A DNA stretch of 7,277 nucleotides. Source: a virus (Duplodnaviria > Heunggongvirae > Uroviricota > Caudoviricetes). The stretch is from the IMG/VR virus record IMGVR_UViG_2645727775_000011, positions 1-7,277 of that record. One strand, 5' to 3'. Shown one piece after another: positions 6,313 to 7,277 of the stretch; within the stretch, counting starts at the first letter, position 1, and the number at the start of each line of letters is the position of its first letter. The notes beneath the pieces were generated by a model. The model was not told the origin of the DNA and ran no database searches. It worked only from the letters and a program-made list of their open reading frames with translations. The position numbers and the translations under genes were made by a program.

Positions 6313-6501
6313 ATGGAAACGTTATTACCAAACGTTAATACGTCTGAAGGTTGTTTTGAAATTGGTGTCACTATCAGTAACCCTGTATTTACTGAAGATG
6401 CCATTAACAAGAGAAAACACGAACGGGAGCTATTAAATAAAATATGCATTCTTTCAATGCTGGCCCGTTTACGTCCGATACAAAAAGGATGCTGGCAATG
6501 A
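6313..6501 (+). CDS. dicB: Cell division inhibitor DicB (62 aa)
   Basis: ATG at 6313 is preceded by GAGGA at 7 nt. The product METLLPNVNTSEGCFEIGVTISNPVFTEDAINKRK... matches recalled DicB sequence and length. It follows DicF. The track's extended start at 6208 is rejected. Confidence 0.8.
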   Translation: METLLPNVNTSEGCFEIGVTISNPVFTEDAINKRKHERELLNKICILSMLARLRPIQKGCWQ

Positions 6502-6689
6502 ATACAGCATTTGCACTTGTTCTGACAGTTTTTCTTGTTTCCGGAGAGCCAGTTGATATTGCAGTCAGTGTTCACAGGACAATGCAGGAGTGTGTGACTG
6601 CAGCAACCGAACAGAAAATTCCCGGTAACTGTTACCCGGTCGATAAAGTTATTCACCAGGATAATAACGAAATCCCGGCAGGTCTTTAA
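6498..6689 (+). CDS. ydfD: YdfD-like small lysis/membrane protein (63 aa)
   Basis: ATG at 6498 overlaps the dicB stop (ATGA) and is preceded by AAGGA. It has an N-terminal hydrophobic segment (AFALVLTVFLVSG) and two Cys. Length and position match ydfD downstream of dicB. Confidence 0.6.
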   Translation: MNTAFALVLTVFLVSGEPVDIAVSVHRTMQECVTAATEQKIPGNCYPVDKVIHQDNNEIPAGL

Positions 6690-6781
6690 AACAGTTCCGT
6701 AATAAACATCCGGTTTCATTCTTATATGCCAGCAATGGCAGGGATTTGTTCACCCTTAAATCTGTAATGAGGTAAAACAAA

Positions 6782-7277
6782 ATGAGTAAAGTCTTTATTT
6801 GCGCTGCTATTCCTGATGAACAGGCCATAAAAGAAGATAGCGCTGTTGCGGTGGCCACTGCCATTGAAGCTGGTGATGAGCGTCGCGCACGCGCAAAATT
6901 TCATTGGCAATTTCTGGAGCAATTCCCTGCAGCTCAGGACTGCGCTTATAAATTTATTGTCTGTGAGGATAAACCCGGCATACCCCGCCCTGCCCTCGAT
7001 TCCTGGGATGCTGAATATATGCAGGAAAACCGCTGGGATGAGGAGTCTGCTTCCTTTGTCCCGGTTGAGACTGAATCAGATCCGATGAACGTCACTTTTG
7101 ACAAGCTGGCCCCTGAAGTACCGAACGCTGTCATGGTTAAGTTCGACACATGTGAAAACATCACCGTTGATATGGTTATTAGCGCACAGGAATTGTTGCA
7201 GGAAGACATGGCAACATTCGACGGACATATCGTTGAAGCGTTGATGAAAATGCCAGAAGTTAACGCCATGTATCCGG
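6782..7277 (+). CDS. ydfE: Acidic hypothetical protein, YdfE-like; 3' end runs off the window (at least 165 aa)
   Basis: ATG at 6782 is preceded by TGAGG (6768-6772). The frame stays open to the window end and was not in the ORF track because it lacks a stop. The product (MSKVFICAAIPDEQ...) is Asp/Glu-rich. Position after ydfD matches ydfE in Qin. Confidence 0.5.
   Translation, partial: MSKVFICAAIPDEQAIKEDSAVAVATAIEAGDERRARAKFHWQFLEQFPAAQDCAYKFIVCEDKPGIPRPALDSWDAEYMQENRWDEESASFVPVETESDPMNVTFDKLAPEVPNAVMVKFDTCENITVDMVISAQELLQEDMATFDGHIVEALMKMPEVNAMYP

Noticed and set aside
5797-6719. Long ORFs in the track (5797..6084 minus, 5860..6150 plus, 6114..6719 minus)
   Set aside because: They are Arg/Cys/Trp-rich with no RBS. 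They overlap DicF and its structured leader or run antisense to dicB and ydfD, so they are typical spurious frames.
6735-6760. TGCCAGCAATGGCA palindrome and TGGCA element resembling a sigma-54 promoter upstream of the ydfE-like gene
   Set aside because: There is no GC dinucleotide at the required -12 spacing from the GG, so it does not fit the sigma-54 consensus.
1-7277. CRISPR array, tRNA/tmRNA att site, IS element or integrase
   Set aside because: There are no regularly spaced direct repeats, no tRNA-like 3' end and no transposase or integrase-like ORF. Repeats found are explained as iterons or operators.

Overview
This window reads as a mosaic lambdoid (Rac/Qin-like) prophage immunity and replication region; all family names are recalled from memory, as no searches were possible. 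The minus strand carries an early-right-type operon: a Cro-like YdaS-family regulator (3884-4165), a YdaT-like protein (3475-3900), an HTH-linker-C-domain replication initiator (2520-3452) with an iteron-like putative origin inside it, two small unknown genes (2057-2479, 1502-1813) and a Q-like antiterminator (848-1369). Divergent from the Cro-like gene is a CI-like repressor (4266-4685), flanked by four perfect TACC-N4-GGTA palindromes that occur nowhere else in the window. Downstream on the plus strand is a Qin-type dicB operon: ydfA-like, a 133-aa gene, the DicF sRNA, dicB, ydfD-like and an acidic ydfE-like gene that runs off the window. Two accessory elements stand out as the best candidates for something undescribed. 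One is an AT-rich cassette at the left edge, convergent on Q, with a putative PD-(D/E)xK nuclease translationally coupled to an upstream ORF. The other is an AT-rich antisense 92-aa ORF with a perfect Shine-Dalgarno, lying between the 133-aa gene and DicF. No CRISPR array, tRNA, rRNA, transposase or integrase was seen.
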